A DNA stretch of 64,000 bases, from the NCBI RefSeq assembly GCF_030144855.1, contig NC_082722.1, positions 27,342,001-27,406,000 on the forward strand. The letters run 5' to 3'. Positions 13,150 to 29,009 of the stretch are shown here, in pieces. This DNA comes from Hypanus sabinus. Taxonomy: Eukaryota. The first letter of the stretch is position 1. The number at the start of each line of letters is the position of its first letter. A program made the position numbers and the translations under genes. A model generated the notes under the pieces. That model made no database searches and was not told where the DNA came from. It saw only the letters and a program-made list of their open reading frames with translations.

Positions 13150-14800
13150 AAGGCTTGAGACATAATTAGCGATCGAACTCTTGCAAAACCGAAAGGTCTG
13201 AAAGTAGGTAACTCACCTAGAACACATCATGTACATCCCAGGATTCTGATAAAAGTTTCTGATGAGATTGTGGAGGCATCGATAAAAGTCATTCAAGAAT
13301 TACAAGATTCTGGAATGGTTCTGGTGGACTTGAAAATTGCAAAAGTCACACCACTCATCAGGAAGTCAGAGAGGGAATAATGGGATAATATAGGCCGGGA
13401 AGTCTGACCTCATTGGTTGACAAGATGTTGGAATCCGTTAGTAAGGATTAGGTGTTATGTTATTTGGAGTCACATTTTAAAACTCCCCATTGTCCGCAGG
13501 ATTTCCTCAAGGGGAAACTCTTGCCAAACAAATCTGATTGAATTATTTGAAGGATTGAAAAGCAGGATAGATAAAGATAGGCAGAATCGGACGCTGTGTA
13601 CTTGCATTTTGAGAAAGCCTTTAATAAGGTAAATCACACAAAGCTTTTTGACAAGCTACGAGCCTAAAGTATTACAGGAAAGATTCGAGGGTAGATGAAG
13701 CAGTAGCTGGTTGATAACAGAAAAAGAACGGGAATAAAGCAAGCATTTTCTGGTTTGCTTACCGTGTCTAATTTTGTTCCACAGGGGTCTGTGTTCTGAC
13801 CGATCCGTTTTAGGTTATACGTCATTGATATGGATGATAGAATTGATGGCTTTCTCGCATAGTTTGCAGACGATAGGAACATAGGTGGTCAGGCAGGTTA
13901 TTTTTAGGAGATAGAGAGGCGACAAAAGGAATTAGAAAGATGAGGAAAGTAGACGAAGAAATGGCAGATGGAATACAGTGTCGAGAAATGTGTCGTCATG
14001 CACTTTGGTCGAGGATATGAAAGTTTTGACTATTTTCTCACCTGGAGTGAAGATACAAAAACATTGTGGTGCAAAGGGACTTGGGAGTATGTGTGCAATA
14101 TTCACTACATATAAAGTTGCAGGTTGGGTCTGTGATCAGGAAGGTAAATGCAATGATCGCACTCATTTCAAGAAGACTGGGACACAAAAGCAACGATGTA
14201 ATGTTAAGAATTTATAAAGCACTGGTGAGGCATCGTGGCGGATGTTGAGAAGCTTTGGGCCCTTTATCTTGGAAAGAATGTGTTGAAACTGGAGAGGGTT
14301 CAAAGGAGGTTCACGACATTGATTCCAGAATTCAATAGCGTTTCATATGAAGAGCGTTTTATGGCTCTGGGGCCTGTTTTCACGAGAATTCAGAAAAAAA
14401 TAGGGGTGACATTATTGAAGCATATTAAAAGTTGAAAATACTTGATAGTGCGGATGTGGAGTGGATGTTTCCAATGCTCGAAGAGATAAAGACCAGAGGA
14501 CGCAGCCTCAGAATACAGGGGCATCCTTTTAAAAAGGAGATAAACAGGAATGCATATAAACAGAGATTTTAGAACCTGTGGCACTTTTTTTGCCACATGC
14601 ACTAATGGAGACCAATTTTCTGTGGGTACATAAAGCAGAGGTTGATACATGCTTGATTGGTTCGAGCATGGATAGCTCCCGGGAGAAGGCAGAAGTTAGG
14701 GGCTGAGCGGAAAGTAATATATATTATGAAATGGCAGAGCAAACTTGGTGGGCAAAATGGCTTAATTCGGCTCCTATCTCCTATCGTCGTATGGTCTTAA
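13150..14800 (+). mobile_element. Old, highly decayed CR1 RT fragment
   Basis: Remnants of KAF.K, FADD and KLERVQRRFT; typical CR1 3' tail near 14760. Confidence 0.75.
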
Positions 14801-15933
14801 AACATTAGTTATACTCTAGTCCTCCGGCACTTCACCCACAGGTAAGGACATTTTGAACACCTCTATCGGGACCCTTTCATTGTCTGCATTAGCATCCAAC
14901 AAGCTCCGACGGGACACATTGCCATGTTCTGGGGACTTCTTCCAACTAATTTGCCTCACGGCTGTAACCCGTGTATGGGCCATGCCATTACTTCTATGCT
15001 GTCTTAATTGTATAGTCTCTGTGTACGTCTCCTGAATAAATGCGGATGGAAATATATAAGATATCCCTCACCACCATACCCCCCGCCCATCTCTTTTGGC
15101 GCCATACATTGTTGAACCCGCTGATCTTCAAATGGATCCATTTAGTCTGTCGCTATCCCTTTATGCTTCCTGTATCTGCAGAAGCCATTCGTTTCATTTT
15201 TCACCTTAGAATTGTCCTTCACCTAGAATTTGAGAAGGCCACGATAGTTGACGTCAGTATAGGCGTGGGAAGCGGAGTCGGGTAACCGTGAGCTCCGGAT
15301 GGCTATTGTAGGCAGAGCGAAATCCTATCTGCTTTGAGAAACAGATAAAGCAATCTAAATATTGAATCTGCCCTGTTAGACACCGGCCATAGCTGTCGCG
15401 AAAGGCGTCCATGTTTGGAAATCCTTAAAATTGGGCTGACGTTTAGCAAACCTTGTGCATGCAGAAACTGAGGTTATTCAGTTCGTGTTTGACTCTCTGC
15501 AAGGCATCATTTCCCCAATCGATCCGATAGCAGTGCCAACTCACTGTCGACAGTTTTGCTGCAGGACTTCAGACTTTAGAAAGAATAAATAAATAGGATC
15601 GACTCGCTTGGTGTCAATCTGCATTGGTGTTTCACAGAGAACAGTTCCAGGAATGCTTCACATTCCGGGAAAATATCTATTACTGAATGTCTGTGACGAG
15701 AAAGCTAAACCCCAAGACCGGAAACACTCCCTAGGCAGTTGAACTGCCAAAATATTCGGCTCCATGTCCATTCGTACTATAGGAATCTGTGATACTTTGG
15801 GTTTTGGAGTTCAGTTTTGATGCGAAATAAAAAATTCAAAATTAGGCAGTTTTCCAAAGCTAACTCCTGCTGCAATCTTAGCTGTGCAATAAAGCTCCAA
15901 TAGCATTCAAAAGAGAACATCTTCAACACTTCG

Positions 15934-15998
15934 GACACTTTAACCATCCAATGGGTTACCCACTTATGGTGGGTAACCCATTGGATGGTTAAAGTGTC
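15934..15998. repeat. Perfect 30-bp inverted repeat with a 5-nt loop
   Basis: 15934-15963 is the exact reverse complement of 15969-15998; loop ttatg. Confidence 0.97.
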
Positions 15999-16081
15999 AT
16001 GCTAGTTGCTGAGGAGATAAAGAAATCCACCTGCACTGAAATGGATCGAAAATACCCAATATTACATTGTTTCTACTCAAG

Positions 16082-16372
16082 CTCCTCCAACTCCATTGGA
16101 AATTGCTCTGATTGCAGGGTTTTCGTCTCCTCGAAAACTCCTTTGTAAAACGTCTGCTTTCTACGAAAAAATAGAAATCATTTGACGAAGAAATGACAAG
16201 CAAATTCACACCGGAATAGAAAGCGTTACAAACCGAAGCGTGGATGGTTTACACGAAGTTTTTAGGTTATTGTAAGTCACGCAGTCTACCTGAGGAAAAT
16301 ATACTTACACCTGTCTAGTGTCGCAAGTCTCCTTAAGGGAGTCTGCCGGTTTCAGCTACATAGTGGAACAAG
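16082..16372 (+). pseudogene. Gene A pseudo-exon: C1-set domain paralogous to gene B exon 3
   Basis: PPTPLEI..LLCKTSAFYEKIEII*..YTCLVSQVSL..FSYIVEQ G|gtaagatggtg, with the same donor context as gene B. Three in-frame stops, including TGA at the conserved Trp. Confidence 0.9.
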
Positions 16373-16869
16373 GTAAGATGGTGTTATGATGAAGTCATGA
16401 TGTTGGATCTCGGCCTGAAACGGCGACATTTTAGATCTGCCTGATCGGCTGAGTTCTTCAAGGATTTTCTGTGTTAATCTGGATTTCAGCATGTTCTGAA
16501 TATTTTGCGCTCAATATACGCTGGAAGTGCTTATATTTCATTGTGGTGGGGTCAATGTGATCTTAAGAACAGTAACTTAACAGCTCCCTAAACACGGAAG
16601 AATGACTAATTTGGAAGCTTAGAAACTGACAGTGAATGTTCAACGTGTAAGGTGATCAAAAACTAACGTGTTTTTCCGTTAGTTTAAATCGTGTCGGACG
16701 AATTAAGAAATTAAATTCCTGCAGTATTTGTAAAGTTGCAAAGTTCTGAACATTTACAAAAATTGCGACAAAGCAAAACTTAAACTCTATATCTCATCGT
16801 GAAATAACAAAGGCGAAATTTTCATTTCCTCTCCTATGATGTATTTTCCGATATTGTGCAGTGAGATTT

Positions 16870-17340
16870 GAAGGCAGCCTGTAAAATATAGGCTGAAGTG
16901 AAATGGGCCAGCAGGAAGGTGGAAAATTTTCGGAAATAAAAGAGAAAGAAAGGTAGAGCTGGGGGGAGATTATAGTGATGGGGAAAAAGAAAGGGAAAGA
17001 GAACCAAACCAAAATTATAGATAGGGATGGGGTTAGGGGTGCAGTGGTATCAACGGAGGTCGTGAGTTGAATCTTCATGCCGGCCGGTAGGAGTCTACCT
17101 AGGCGGGAGATAAGGTGTTGCTCCATCAAACTGCGTGTGGCCTCATCTTGACGGTAGAGGCGGCCATGGACAGACATATCGGAGTGGGAGTGGTCTGTGG
17201 AATTGAAGTGTGTGGCCACAGGGAGATCCCGCCACTGCTGGAGGACTGAGCGCCGGTGTTCGGCGAAACGGTCTCCAAGTCTGCGGCGGGTCTCCCCAAT
17301 GTATAAATGGCCACATCGGATACAATATATCAGCCCAGCG
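16870..17340 (-). mobile_element. Penelope-like element 3' fragment (GIY-YIG endonuclease C-terminus)
   Basis: CIRCGHLYIGETRRRLGDRFAEH, then VATHFNS..HSHSDMSVHG..EQHLISRLG..PAGM. Confidence 0.82.
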
Positions 17341-17344
17341 TGTC

Positions 17345-19489
<2,145 letters not shown>

Positions 19490-19982
19490 AATTAGAGAGT
19501 ATTTCATAACTATATTTACATAGGTTCCAAATTATATTAGCAAGGTGTGCGGGAGCGCTTCACCTACCACGAGGGGACGAACCTGTGAAGATTAGAGGGG
19601 ACAGTGATACCAAGTGTATACAGAATACACAGATGGGCGGTTGGTTTCCTGATGAACTGAGTTGTGTCAATAACCTTCTTCATTTTTGCTGTTTTAGGCA
19701 ACCACCCACTGTCAACATTTTGGGTATTAATAATAAGATATGACATTCGGCACTTTTACTTGAATGTAGAAATACAAATAGTATTTATGAGTGGAAAGGT
19801 TGAAGTGATTTGAAATGCAAAGTGATCTGGGTGAACAAAGCCAATGAATGATTCGCGATGGGAGATCTACCCCACCCACCCATCATTCAGGCAAATCTTC
19901 AAGCAGCAAGCGGGCAGAAGGGGTCACTGTTTGGCGAGACAACCAGGATGCAGATCAAGCCAATCGGCCATAAGACTGTAAC

Positions 19983-22900
19983 ACCATAAGATACAGGAGC
20001 AAAAGTAGACTATTCGGTTCATCGAGTCTCCTTCGCCTTACAATCGTGCACTCAGTCAATGCTTCCATCCACCCCCACTCCTCTGCCTTCTCCCTATACC
20101 CTTTGATGTCCTGGCTAATCACGAACCTCTCTATTTCTGCCTTAAGTAGACACAATTACTAAGACTCCACAGCAGCTCGTGGTAACAAATTACACAGATA
20201 TACCAATCTCTGACCACCCTCTAATTTCTCTGTATCTCAGTTCTAAATGGACATCCTTCAATCCTGAAGTCGTGTCCTCTTGTACTAGATTGCCCTAGCA
20301 GGAGAAATAACATTTCCGTATCTATTCTGTTCAAGCCTTTTAACATGAGGAGCGTTTATATGAGATTTCCCCTCTTTCTGCTGAACTCCAGGGTATACAG
20401 CGCAAGACATGCCGGACGCTCCTCCTGCGGTAACCCATTCATTCCTGGAATTATTTTTCTGAATCTTCTCAGCACTATCTCCAATGTAAGTATATCCATT
20501 CTAAAATAAGGAGCCCAAAACTGCACGCAATACTCCATCAACTCAAACCAGTGCCTGAAAGAGCCACAATGTCACATCCCTGCTTTTATATTCTATACCT
20601 CCAGAAATGGATGACAACGTTGCGTGCGCCTTCTTCACAACCGACTCAACATGGCGTTTAAACTTTAGGATATCTTGTGCAAAGACCCCCAAGTCCTTTT
20701 GTATGTCAACATTTTGAATTATCTTACCATCTAAATACTGGTCTGGCTGTTTAAGTCTTCCACCAGACTGCATGACAATGCACTGTCCAGCTTTGTATTT
20801 CATTTGGCCCTTCTTTACCCATTCCCCTATACTATCTAAGTCTATCTGCAGGCTCCCTGTTTCCTCAGCACTACCCACTCTTCCACCTATCATTGTATCA
20901 TAGGCAAATGTAGCCACAAATCTATTAATGCCATAGTCCATATCATTGGCATGCGGCATAAAAATCAGCTGTCCCAACATAAACCCCTGTGAAGCTCCAC
21001 TGGTAACCGGCAGCCAGCCAGAAAAGGAGCCCTTAATTCTCACTCTCTTTTTTATTCCAAACAGCTAATGCTAATAGCTTCCCTGTAATTCCATGGACTT
21101 TTATCTTGCTAAGCAGCTGGATGTGCGGCACCTTGTCAAAGGCCTCTTGAAAATCAAAGTACACTACGTCTACACCATCTACACTACTTGTAATTTCTTC
21201 AAAGAGTTGCAACAGGCTTGTCAAGCAGAATTTTTCTTTCAGGAAACCATGCTGGCTTTGGTCTATTTCGTCGTGTGCCTCCAGGTCCAGCGTAATCTCA
21301 TTCCTAAAAATCGATTCCTCCAACTTCCCAGCCACTGACGTCAGGCTAACCGGTCTATAGCTTCCTTTCCGCCGTCTCCCATACTTTTCAACTAGTGGAG
21401 TAACATTTACAATTTTCCAGTCATCCGGTACAATCTATCGATTCTTTAAAGGGCATTATTAATGCCTCCGCAATCTCTCCAGCGACTTCCGTCAGAAGCT
21501 GATGGTGCATTCTATCAGGTCCAGAAGATTTATCCACGCTCAGCCCTTTAAACTTCCCGAGCACCTCCTCAATCGTAATTTGCACTGCATGGATTTCATT
21601 TCCTTGACACTCTCGAATGTCCTGTATTCTGCAGCCGTCTACCACTGTGAGGAGTGATGAAAAATACGCTTGCAGTTCCTCTGCCATCTCTGCGTCTCTC
21701 ATTACAATATCTCCAGGGTTATTCTGTATTGGTCCCATATCTACCCTCGACTCTCGTTTACCGTTTACATACTTAAAAGAGGTTGTATTACCTTCTTTGA
21801 TATTAGTCACCAGCTCTTTTAATAATACATCTCTTCCTTTCTAATGATCTTCTTAGTTTCCTTCTGCATTTTTTTCAAAAGCTTTCTGATCCTCCATCTT
21901 ACCACTAGCTCTGGTGTCCTTGTATGCCCTCCCTTTCGTTTTTACTTTGGCTCTGGCTTCACTTGACAGCCACTGTCGTGTCCTTCATCACTTTGAAAAT
22001 TTCCTCTAATTTGGAATATATCTGTTTTGCACTTCCGTCATATTTTTTTTTTGCAGGAACTCCAGCGATTGTTGCTCTGCTCCCCTTCCTGCAAATGTCC
22101 CTTTCCAGTCAACATCGACCAATTCCACTCTTAAGCCATTGTAATTTCTTTTCTTCCACTGAAGTACTGACATATTGGATTTTATTTTTCCCTCTCAAAT
22201 TTCTTTACGAACTCGATAGTTTGTGATCTCTTTTCCCTAAGGTTTCCTTAACATTTATCTCTCTTATCACTTCGGGATCACTGCACCACACCCAATCCGG
22301 CACAGCCTTTCTCCTTGTGGGCTTAACAGCAAGCTGTTCTGAAAAGCCTTCCCTTGAACATTCTACAAATTCTCTCACGAGGTCCAGTACTGATCTGGGT
22401 TTTCCAATACAATTCCATGTTAAAATCCCTAACGATTATCATGGCATTGCCTTTCTGACACGTCTTTTCTAGCTCCTGCTGTAATTTGAAATCACCATTC
22501 CGGCTGCTACTTGGAGTACTATATACAAATGCCATTAGGGTCCATTTAATTTTGCCAATTCTTAACTGAACCCAAAGACCCTCCACACCTTCAATTCCTA
22601 TGGCATCTCTTTATAATGATTTAATATGATTTCCTATACACAAAGCAGGACCACCTCTCTGCCTACTAACCTATCTTCCGATACACCATGTAATCTAGGA
22701 CGTGAGGATCCCAATGGCAGCCATCGTTCAGCCAAGTTTCAGCGATGAACACAACGTCGCATTTGCCAATCTGTAGCTGAATTTCAATATCGTCCATTTT
22801 ATCCTTTATGTTGGGTGCATTGAAACATAATACTTTCCGTCCAGTATTTGTTGTTTTATGTTTAAACTAGACCACACCTGTGTTGCCCTGGAACCCATGC

Positions 22901-24090
22901 TAGTGGCTACGATTAAGCCTCGTTTCCTGCCTGTTCTTTCTATAATATCATTTGTAATCTAATTTATTTCTGTTCTCCACTTCATCGACCTTATCACTCC
23001 GGTTCCGAAACCCCTGTCAAATTAGATTAAACGCTCCCTAACAGCTCTATTAAATGTGCCCACCGGGATATTCGACCCGTTGGGTTCAGGTGTGAACCGT
23101 CTTTTTTGTACATGTCATACATCCCCAAGAGGGAGCCCCAATGAACCAGGAATCTGAAACCCTGCCCCCTTCACCAGTTTGTCAGACATATATTAACCCG
23201 GCTCGTCATGCTATGATTGCACTCGCTCGTGGTGGCACAGGCAGCAATACTGAGGTTAGAACACTAGAGGTCCTGCTTTTCAGCTTCCCATCTAACTCAC
23301 TGAATTCTCTCTTCAGGAGCTCCTCCCTTTTTCTACCTTTGTCATTTTTACCAACGTGTACCAGATCTTGAGTACCAGAGGCTGCTCACCCTCTCCCTTC
23401 AGAATACTCTGCACCCGATACGAAACACCCAGTACCCTGGATCCTGGGAGGCAATACACTATGCAGGTGCGTCTATCAGTCAGACAGAACCTCCTGTCTG
23501 TTTCCCTCACAATGGGATACACATTGCTTATGGCATTCCTCATCTTCCTCTTTCCATTCTGTACCACGGAACCAGGCACAGAGCCACATACCCAATCGCA
23601 GTGCTCGTCCTCTGTCAAGTCATCCCCCTCAACCGCTTCAAAAACACGATAACGACTGCTGAGGGAGATGGCCACAGGGGCGCTGTATGCTATCTGACAT
23701 CTTCCACTCGCTTCCCTGAACGTCACAGACTTATCTAACTCATGTAGCCTCGGTGTGACTAACTCCTTGTACCTCCTCTGTATCTCCTGTTCACTCTCAC
23801 CAATAAGCTGTAGATCATCGAGCCGCAGCTTTACATCTCTAACACGATCTGTCAGGAGCAGCATCTCGGTGCACATGGCATAGATGTGGCCTTCTGGGAG
23901 AATGGAAGATTCCCGGGATTCTCACATCTGACAATCAGAGCAATGTACTAACCCTCCCAACATGCGCTCTATTCCTTGAAAACTGCAAAGAAAAATCAAA
24001 AACGAATTCCACCTACTCACTGATCTCGCTGAAGCTTCAATGAGCCTGTCGCTTCTACTCTCGCCAGTGGCCCACTCCCGATTATGGCCG
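19983..24090 (-). mobile_element. Near full-length decayed CR1 LINE (duplication copy B)
   Basis: ORF1, endonuclease, RT (DFQEAFDKVPH, ATFAYDT) and 3' tail; paralogous to 53875-62010. Confidence 0.9.
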
Positions 24091-25019
24091 CTCCGCTTAA
24101 CCATTCTGTAGTTTAATTTAGTTCGTCGAGCTCAGTCGCCGACGCTGATCGGCCCCGCACAATGGACTAACGACCGCGAAGCTCTTGATTTAAATAACTG
24201 AGATATCAGTACAGTCATTAAGCAGGAATTTGTTACCGGAGCATTGAAATGTGGCTAATGGGCTTTCATTTAGAAAGGTCCGCAAGTACTGGTGTCAAGC
24301 CAAATATCGGTTCTGGGAAAGATAGTGGAATGAAGGACAGAATCTATCAGAATTAGAAAAGTCAAAGAATATAAAACTGACAGTAAGCATGGATTTCTCA
24401 AGGAGAATCGTCTCTCAGAAAATTGATCCAATTGTCTTGTATACGCTATTTAGAAAATTGCTGAGGGAAGGACAGGAAACTATATCTTAATTGAATTTTG
24501 CACGATCCTGTACAACAGTCTAGTATAGAATGCTGGGCGACACAGGAGCCAGGGTGAGCCAGCCAACTGAACACAAAAACAAAAAATTGGTTTACTAGAG
24601 GAATCAGACGGTGATAGTGGAGATTTGATACCAAGAGGAAAGGCTTGCAACTAGTGACGTACTGAAGAGGTAGGTCCTGGTTCCAGTATAGTTTGACAAC
24701 TCTAATTATATTTAGTTGATAGTATTTTTCAGCCGTTAATAAAATTCAGGATGCAGTGGAATTAGTGATATACCAGACAGTGAAAATTAACTAAGACGAG
24801 GAACTGGGGAAGAAGGCCAAACAATTGCAGTTAGAGTTTAAATGCGACTTTTGCAAAGTGTTGCATTTTGGTTAGTTAAACTGGGGCAGGAACTTCACAA
24901 CGGATTGTCCTGGGCGTTGAAGTAGAACTGAAAGGTACAGGCACGTTGATCTGTAAAATTGTCGATAGAGGTGAACAGGCTGGTAAAAAGTTGTTTGTCA
25001 CAATTAAATCAACAGTTCG

Positions 25020-25830
25020 GAATCCGAATCAGGTTTATTATCACCGGCATGTGTCTTGATGTCTGTGAACTTAGCAGCAGCAGTTCAATGCAATTCCAAA
25101 TGCAGATAACCAAAAATAAATAAATAAAATAAATAGATATATTAATCTATTAGAATATAAGTATATTAGATGGAATAATAACGTGCAAAAGCAATGATAA
25201 CATGTACATAACAATAAAAGTGTTAATATTCACGTGTTCAATGTCCATTTAGGAATCCGATCGCAGAGGTAAAGAAGCTGTTCCTGAATTGCTGAGTTGT
25301 GCCTTCAGGGTTCTCTACGTCCTAATTGATGGCAACAGTGAGAGAAGGGCATGCCCTGGGTGTTGCAGGTCTTTAATTATGGACGCTGCTTTTCTGAGAC
25401 ACCGTTCCGTCAAGATGTGCTGAGTACTTTGTAGGCTTATACCAAGATGGAGCCGACTAAATTTACGACACTCTGCAGCTACTTTCGGTTCCGCGCAGTA
25501 TCCCACCATTCCCCCACCCCTGTACCAGACAGTGACGCAGTTCGTCAGAATGCTTTCCACAGTACACTTACAGAAGTTTTTTGTGTGTACTTGTTGACAA
25601 ACCACATCTCTTCAAACAGGTAATGAAGTATAGTCGCTGCCTTGCCTTCTTTATAGCTGCATTGATATGGTGGGTCTAGGTTAGATCCTCATATAGCCTG
25701 GCACCCAGGATCTTGAAACTGATCACTCTGTCCGCTTCTGATCCCTCTATGAGGATTGGTGTTTATTCCTTTGTCTTACCCTTCCTGAAGTTCACAAGCA
25801 TCTCCTTCGTCTTATTGACATTGAGTGCAA
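25020..25830 (-). mobile_element. Rex1/Babar LINE 3' fragment
   Basis: NFCKCTVESILTNCVTVWY and ASIIKD..HPGHAL motifs. Confidence 0.8.
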
Positions 25831-26855
25831 GACATGGCAATGAGTACAAGATCTGGGACATCATGTTCAACTGTACAAATCGTTGCTGAAACAGTGTATT
25901 GTGCATTCGTTGGTGAAAAGTCACCTGTGCATTTTGATCGCCAACTACAGAAGAGGTGCGATGAAGCTTGAGGTAGAGCAGAAAAGATTGACAAGTATGT
26001 TAGTAGTACAGCGTGATTTTAACTGCAGGAAGAGACTGGGGATATTCATCCCTGGAGCACAGGTGGTTGCTCCGTGACCATATATATGTAATATCAGCTG
26101 GTGCATAGGCAGGTGTATGATAGCAGTCTTTTACCCAGGGTTATCTGAAAATGAGAATACATAGATTCCAGGCGAGAGAGAAATTATTTAAAACAGTCCA
26201 GGGGAAGATTTTTCAACAAAAGAGGTTTTTTTTAAAGTGGAACAGATTACCACATGAACCTCTAGAACTGGGTACGATTCCAATGTGTGAAGTTCATTTA
26301 GATTAGTACAAAGATAGAATAAGTTTATTGTGGTGAGATCCAAACTCATCCAAATGGGACCAACTCAGTTTTCAATAGTCCAATCGTTCAATAGTTCCAA
26401 TTTAATATCAGATAATGCATACGATATACAACCTGAAATTACTGGCCTTCGCAGACATCCATGAAAACAGAAGAGTACTCCAAACAAAGAATGACGGCAG
26501 AACCTTTAGAATTGCGGATAGAAATGGTAGAAAACGTTGGAGGGCTTTCGGGAGTCTTTTACCCCCGCTCCCATGCACACCACCACATTCCCCCCACTGT
26601 TGCTTCTACCCCAGCAAGCAAACAAGAGCAAAGACCCCAAGAGACCATGATTTGCTATACAGAGAAAAAAAAAAAACTAATCGCCCTGCCAACGAAGTCG
26701 GCATGTCCCATCTCCTTCTCTCCAGAAATTAAGGGGCACATAGCGAGAGAGGGGAACAAGAAAGCAAGCAACTCGCTGAGTTAGGGCTTTAAAGTCTGCT
26801 GCATCGCTCTTTATCGAGTTCTCCGACTTGATAATCGGCAGTAATCTCCCACCAG

Positions 26856-27021
26856 NNNNNNNNNNNNNNNNNNNNNNNNNNNNNNNNNNNNNNNNNNNNN
26901 NNNNNNNNNNNNNNNNNNNNNNNNNNNNNNNNNNNNNNNNNNNNNNNNNNNNNNNNNNNNNNNNNNNNNNNNNNNNNNNNNNNNNNNNNNNNNNNNNNNN
27001 NNNNNNNNNNNNNNNNNNNNN
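26856..27021. other. Assembly gap (166 N)
   Basis: Run of N. Confidence 1.
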
Positions 27022-29009
27022 TATCTTCTTCGACTAGAAGGGAATGATGGGAATCACATTCGAGGAGAAAATTAAGTACAGATACTTTATCAGTTTCATA
27101 TGCTCTTTACAAATATAGACCAGATTGTATTTAATTCAACTGATGCTTGTTGTTTGAAATTTGTACTGAAAAAAGTCCATTTAGCTCTTTGAAAGTACTG
27201 ATAACAAAGAAAAACATTACATTTAGCTGCTGGGATTAAAGATGTGGGAAGCTTCACATTTAGCCAAAAATAAAAAAAAGAATCGCCCGTTTAAATCGAT
27301 TTCGATTTGTCATTCCCAGTTAACACTGGTGGCTATTTAGCTAATTTTCTCAAGTTTCTGATCAGACTATTGAAGTAAGTCCATTAATTGTGTAATATTA
27401 TTCACGTGCATTGTTTTTCTCACATAATATCTTTCCCCAGCTGTCGGGATCGTTGACATAGAGTTTTATTTACAAACTTCTTGCAATTAACGCAAATACC
27501 ACGATACTTCTGTTTATAACCTAAAATGTTCTCGGGAGAACCAAGGGTGAGAAACAAAGTTAAAGCCTTAGGTTTATAAACTTTCATCGGGTTAGCAATC
27601 AGAAATCTGTGTTCAGCTTCTCTCTCCATGAAAATTCAGGCAGAGAAGTGTTGTCACGGGAACTCGTTGCGAATATTAGAACTGCGTCCGATTTATATTT
27701 CCCTCCGTTGAACGTTGATATAAGTGCAAGAATAGATTTTTAATTCGCCGGTTTTCCATGTCAAAAAAAAAAATCGTCGCCGATGGTGGCGATCATCTGG
27801 ATTTATTTTTTCATCCTGTATGGTCTGTGGTGGCAAAATAGTTTGGAAACGTTTAAGCGGATTTAAGCGGATTTTCTTTTCTTGGAATCATCGGGTCTTT
27901 GCAGTGGACCGGAAAGGGGACTACGAATGAGTATATCAGGCATTATCACCTTGAATGGCCGGGCAGTAGACAGAGCCACAATTGCTGTTTTTTTTTTCTT
28001 AATTTTCTTTCTCTGCTTTTATTTTATGACAACAGCCTCTAATGAATCGGAAAAATGTCGAAGACCAAAATGATCACTTATCTTCCCAATTGTTACATGT
28101 GACATCGATCATCAATCTTTGATGGACGCAAGAACCGAAACGTAGCGACGCTCTGGCCTACACTAACTGATAATATATGGATATGAACTGCAAATTGGAT
28201 TCTCAGCTTCACTGCTTCTTTGATGTATTTACATCTGCGGACAATGTATGCTTGCTTTGATGTTTGGATGCCTGTGTGTAATTCGAATCGGAAATCTGCA
28301 AAGCGGCATACGTCAGTTTGTCAGCTCCATTTCCTTTAGTCTGTGAAAGTAATGCAAAATCAGTGGTTAGTCGGGCATAAGTGACTGCCTGAATCACACG
28401 ATTGTAAAATAAATTAGAGATGTATTCATAAGTAATGACAATTAGTTGCTTACGCTTCATAGACAATTATTTCAATGCTGTTTCAAAATTTCATTTAATT
28501 ATTTATATATTAGCGTTTCTTCCCATACCTAAAAGGAACTTAAACAAAATCAAGTTACGAGAGTAGTGAAATCTTTGAAGTAGCAGTTAAAGGTATGTGA
28601 TAACAGGCAAAATTATAATACAAGCGTGTTTTCTGTCATCTGTGACTGATTGTCGGATCCTGTTTCGCTTATGGAGCTCACAGGTGTTTGTTTAGCTACA
28701 CCTGCTAACGCAGTTCCAAATGCACATGGACATTGTTGTCAGTGGACAACTCATAACTGATAGAATGAAAGTTGGCATTTTGTTTAGCCAGGTTCTCTGA
28801 TTACAGTTTTTAAACTATTCGGTATTTCCGGTAGTTAAGTTCTTCTCGGTTATTATCAGTCACTCGTGTTTATCATGGACCTGACAATGGGCGTTGGGAA
28901 GGATGGCATTCCTAGTTTTGTGCTTTTTGGCGTTTCCTCACATGGAAATTACATGTGAAATTAAATTCGTAAAAGCAAGGAAAAAGTAATCTCTAGAGAT
29001 TTTGCAGAT

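Larger units (their letters stand above)
19540..27400 (+). repeat. Segmental duplication unit, copy B (paralogs: about 1636-6300, 39640-41250, 52080-64000)
   Basis: Same order of CR1(-), non-repeat spacer, old CR1 and Rex1 tail, with alignable junction and spacer sequence (e.g. ccgctccgcttaaccattct at about 3610, 24087 and 62002). Confidence 0.88.
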
